From Squalus acanthias (lineage: Eukaryota): a DNA stretch of 64,000 nucleotides. Made by a program: the position numbers and the translations under genes. A model generated the notes under the pieces. It did no database searches. It worked only from the letters and a program-made list of their open reading frames with translations, and was not told the DNA's origin. Location of the stretch: assembly GCA_030390025.1 (NCBI GenBank), contig CM059432.1, forward strand, positions 104,658,001 through 104,722,000, in the 5' to 3' direction. Shown in pieces: positions 60,489 to 64,000 of this stretch (position 1 is its first letter; every line of letters begins with the position of its first letter).

Positions 60489-61269
60489 GTCAGTGACTGC
60501 CTTTTACCCGTGTTGCACCATTGATGTGATACAGCAGGCGCTGTGAATGGAACCAGAGTTCTGAAACACTGCGGCCAGCTTGGAGTATCCATGATAACAC
60601 GATTAAGTAATAAGCAGTAGTACCTTACAGATTCATGTATCTATGTTGAATCTGACATCAAATTAGGTAAATGCAAGAATAGAAACCTCATGTATCCTTT
60701 GCTTCAAAAGGCTATTACTCCCAAATTTGTTTTGGAGGTTTTATTACTGTTGAAGTGCAAATTCTGTAATAATATCGCATTCCATGGCCATTCTAAATAA
60801 CTACCCAATAAGAAGCTATGGTGTGAGTAAATGGTATAGGATTTTACATTCTGTGACATGTTGAAGCTCAGACTGTCTACACTATACTGATGTGAAATGA
60901 TTTTTCAAAAGTTGCGCACAAAGTTGCATATAACTTAGCTGTTTGAAAGGTGACAGACGTGGCATGTGTCTGGAATGATTGAATAACAGGTCTGCTTGCC
61001 TCATCATCGGACAATCATGGTAACCCAAAGGCATCTATTAACTAATGCCACATTTATATTGCAGAGACAGTTCCACTGTGCGTCTTGGTTTCTGATGCTC
61101 CTTGAATACACTCAGTTTAAATTGCAGGGTGGATTACAGAGTAACAGTAGTAATACTGAAGCAATGATGCACATGCAAACTGTGAAGATATAGATTTTTT
61201 TTTAAAAAGAACTTGTAATTAGAATAAATACAATATGCGTGACTTCATATTCATAGTAACTAGTAGTTA

Positions 61270-61610
61270 TGGGGATCTGAAGAGGTTTTCAAAGTTATGA
61301 ACGGTTTTGAGAGGGTCAAAAGCAAAAGATTGTTTTCAGTAGTTGGAAAATCTGTAACAAGGTGGCTTAGTCTTAGGATTAGCACTAGAAGAATGAAAAG
61401 GGAAGTTAGAAGATATCATTTCACAGAGGGTTATTTGAACATTGAATACTTCACTACAGGTGATTTTGAGGCCATAACTTCACTTAAAAAGGAGTTGGAT
61501 TAATATTTGAAAAGGAAGAATCTAAAAAGATGAGATTAGAGTAGCTAGCTTCAGTCAAAGAACTAGCACCAGCCTAATGGTCTCCTCCTGTGCTATAAAT
61601 TCTAAATTCT
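61270..61610 (+). mobile_element. Degraded CR1 3' fragment
   Basis: Remnant GDL..VFKVMNGFERV...SVTR..LRI..REVRR. Confidence 0.5.
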
Positions 61611-64000
61611 AGTAGCGTACAAATCATTAGAATTGCAATGTGTGGATAAACGTCTAGATCCAAATCAGGCTCGTTGTTTACCTTGTCTGTGAGCCACAGT
61701 TTCCAGCTTTGATTTACTACAAAGTAGCATATCTAAACAATTACAGTATTTTTGGATATTCTAACACATACTGATTGCAGAGGGATTGTTCACTTGTTAG
61801 TGATCTATGCAGTTACTCTCCTTTAAATGAAGACAGATCCAACTTAGAGGTTTTATCAAAATGGCAACAGCAATGGAGGGGAACAGAACTTTGGACTTTA
61901 TGATGGAACTAGCAATATGTTGAAGTGGCCAATCGATGATTGACATTCTGATTTGACACCATGGATACTTTCACTGCTAGTTCATCTGACAAGTGGTGTA
62001 AGCTCCCTCTAGTGTCCGTTTCTTGATTTGCAAGTAAGGATGTAAACAAACCAATGTGAGGGTGTCAGTGAGTTTACTAGCTGTGTATGCTTTTAGGCTC
62101 CTTCAGTTGTGACAAATGCTTCCAAATGGAACGCCTGAGCATTTAAGACCAAAAATGTCCTTCTGGGCGGAGGTTTGTTCTGTTGTCGGTGAAACTTGTT
62201 TGCATTTTTGGGCTGTTATTACGTCATTTTATTTTCTAAATATAAAAAGTCCCGTAACTTTAAAGTGCTGTTGTCAACTCATAAAAATGTTTGATTCCAT
62301 TATTCAAAAGTAACAACCTCTTTCTCTTCCCTTTCAGTTAATTTTTTTATTGATGTCAGTCACTTGCTAATTAATTACAGACTGTGGTATTGCTGAATCC
62401 AGAATTGGAAAATTGAGAAACCAAATATTGCCTGGGCTTATCAGTTCTCCTGGTCTACGGGTGCAGAATTGCTGCAATAGCAGATTCTGCTACGGCCTGT
62501 GTTTGTGTGTGAGATGCTGCACAATAGCTGCGAGGAAACTTTAATTTTTCAGATGCCTGGATTCAATCTGCAATCTAAAATTAACTGACATTTCTCATTA
62601 TTTGCTTGTGTGCTTTGATTGGAAAGAAGCCATACATTTTATTCACTTTTTGTCCCCTTGCTTGGATTAATTTTATACACACAAGGCTGTGTATCGGTAT
62701 AGTATGTGTTAATTGCAATATTGTGCTCCCTTTACTTTTAACTCCCCCTCTCTATCCCCCATATGACATCTCTGTTTCACTAACTAGTTACCAGACAGTT
62801 TTGTGACATTTAAGGGTACTTTGTACGAATGTGCACTCTCAGCACAGAGCTTTGCCCACCGATAGTACATATTGGGAATTTGGGCAGTGAGCCCTGCAGG
62901 ATTTTATGTCCATTAATTTTAATTATGTGCGAATTCATAAAATCTACCCTTTTAGTGTCAAACTACAGAACATTTTATGCCCAAATCCGTTTTATATGAA
63001 TCCTTCATACACACACAGAATTGGAACGCAGGTCCTAGAGCTGACAGGATGGTGTACAGCTTTCTAGGGTTGAATAAGGCCTGGTGATGTGTGCTATAAA
63101 AGGTTTTCATATGTAGTTTTAGATTTGGACACTAGGGTGTGTCAAACTACAGCATATAATCTGCAAATACTGTAATTTTTAGTATATTTGATTCGCAACA
63201 TTTCCTGCAGTACTTTGCAGGAATGGTTCCATTTGCTGTTAGGGTACAGTTACTGCATTGTGAGTGTTTCTCTCGGGTCCTTTTAACGATTGCAATTTTA
63301 TTAATTATTGTGGGCTGAAATCTGTATTGGTTCCACGCAAATAAAATTAGGAACTACTGTTTTTGTAAAACAGATGAAGCTGGCGCAAAAACCTCCAAGA
63401 TCTCTGGGCTTTAGACAGTTAATATTCCAGGGTCTTGCTGCAGTAATATAAACAGTCAAGCAGCATGACACTGGAATTGGTATCCAGCCACTCTTTCTTT
63501 AGTTCCTGAGCTTTTTCACATATTAAAACAAGAAATAACTTCTGAAATCCCAAACCCTTTATATCAAAAAAGACACTTGTGCCCTGACATTGCTCTGTGG
63601 GTGTCTGTTTATCAGTCATCTGGCTCCTTTGTCCTGGGCACTGCTGTATTTACATGCCTTATGATGAAGAGAGGCCCTGCTGTTTCCATAACCTGGTACT
63701 TGACAAGAGAACATCAGTTATATTTATGAGGCTTAAAACTACAGTAAATTCTATGCTTAAATGTGCAATCTTCTATCACCATTCTTTAGTGGCTGATTTC
63801 TTGTCAGCTCAATAATAACTATTAATGCTTTACCTAGTTTTAACAAAACTTTATACAATTTCCTTTGATTGCACACTGGATTCCTTTGGAATTGGGCACC
63901 CTGGGAACTCAACTTTGCAGACACTGAACATGTCATCTCAATAACTTTAAAAACATTCATCTCCATGCTGTCAGGATTTCTATTGAAAACAACGTTGCTG

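Noticed and set aside
62116..62313. MLPNG... ORF as MED30 coding exon 2 (expected to start LPNG)
   Set aside because: No AG acceptor directly before the LPNG codons, and the following residues do not resemble MED30.

Overview
This is a repeat-dense vertebrate genomic window. It is most likely from a cartilaginous fish, inferred from its HE1/V-SINE, DeuSINE, CR1, Penelope and Harbinger content. It opens with the 3' half of an apparently intact endogenous retrovirus (open pol, a small hydrophobic ORF, open gamma-type env, PPT and 3' LTR) integrated into a Harbinger transposase. About 45 kb of nested mobile elements follow. These include a near-intact full-length CR1 LINE with a 10.x-copy 74-bp tandem array at its 5' end and an ATG-less ORF2 that overlaps ORF1 at a T TTA AAC slippery heptamer. 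That CR1 sits inside a degraded minus-strand fusion-glycoprotein (F-like env) gene. Penelope-derived palindromes carry hammerhead-ribozyme cores. The only recognisable host gene is the 5' part of MED30: a putative non-coding CpG-island exon at ~53.5-53.7 kb and the first coding exon at 60318-60488. All calls come from reading the sequence by eye; no database searches were run.
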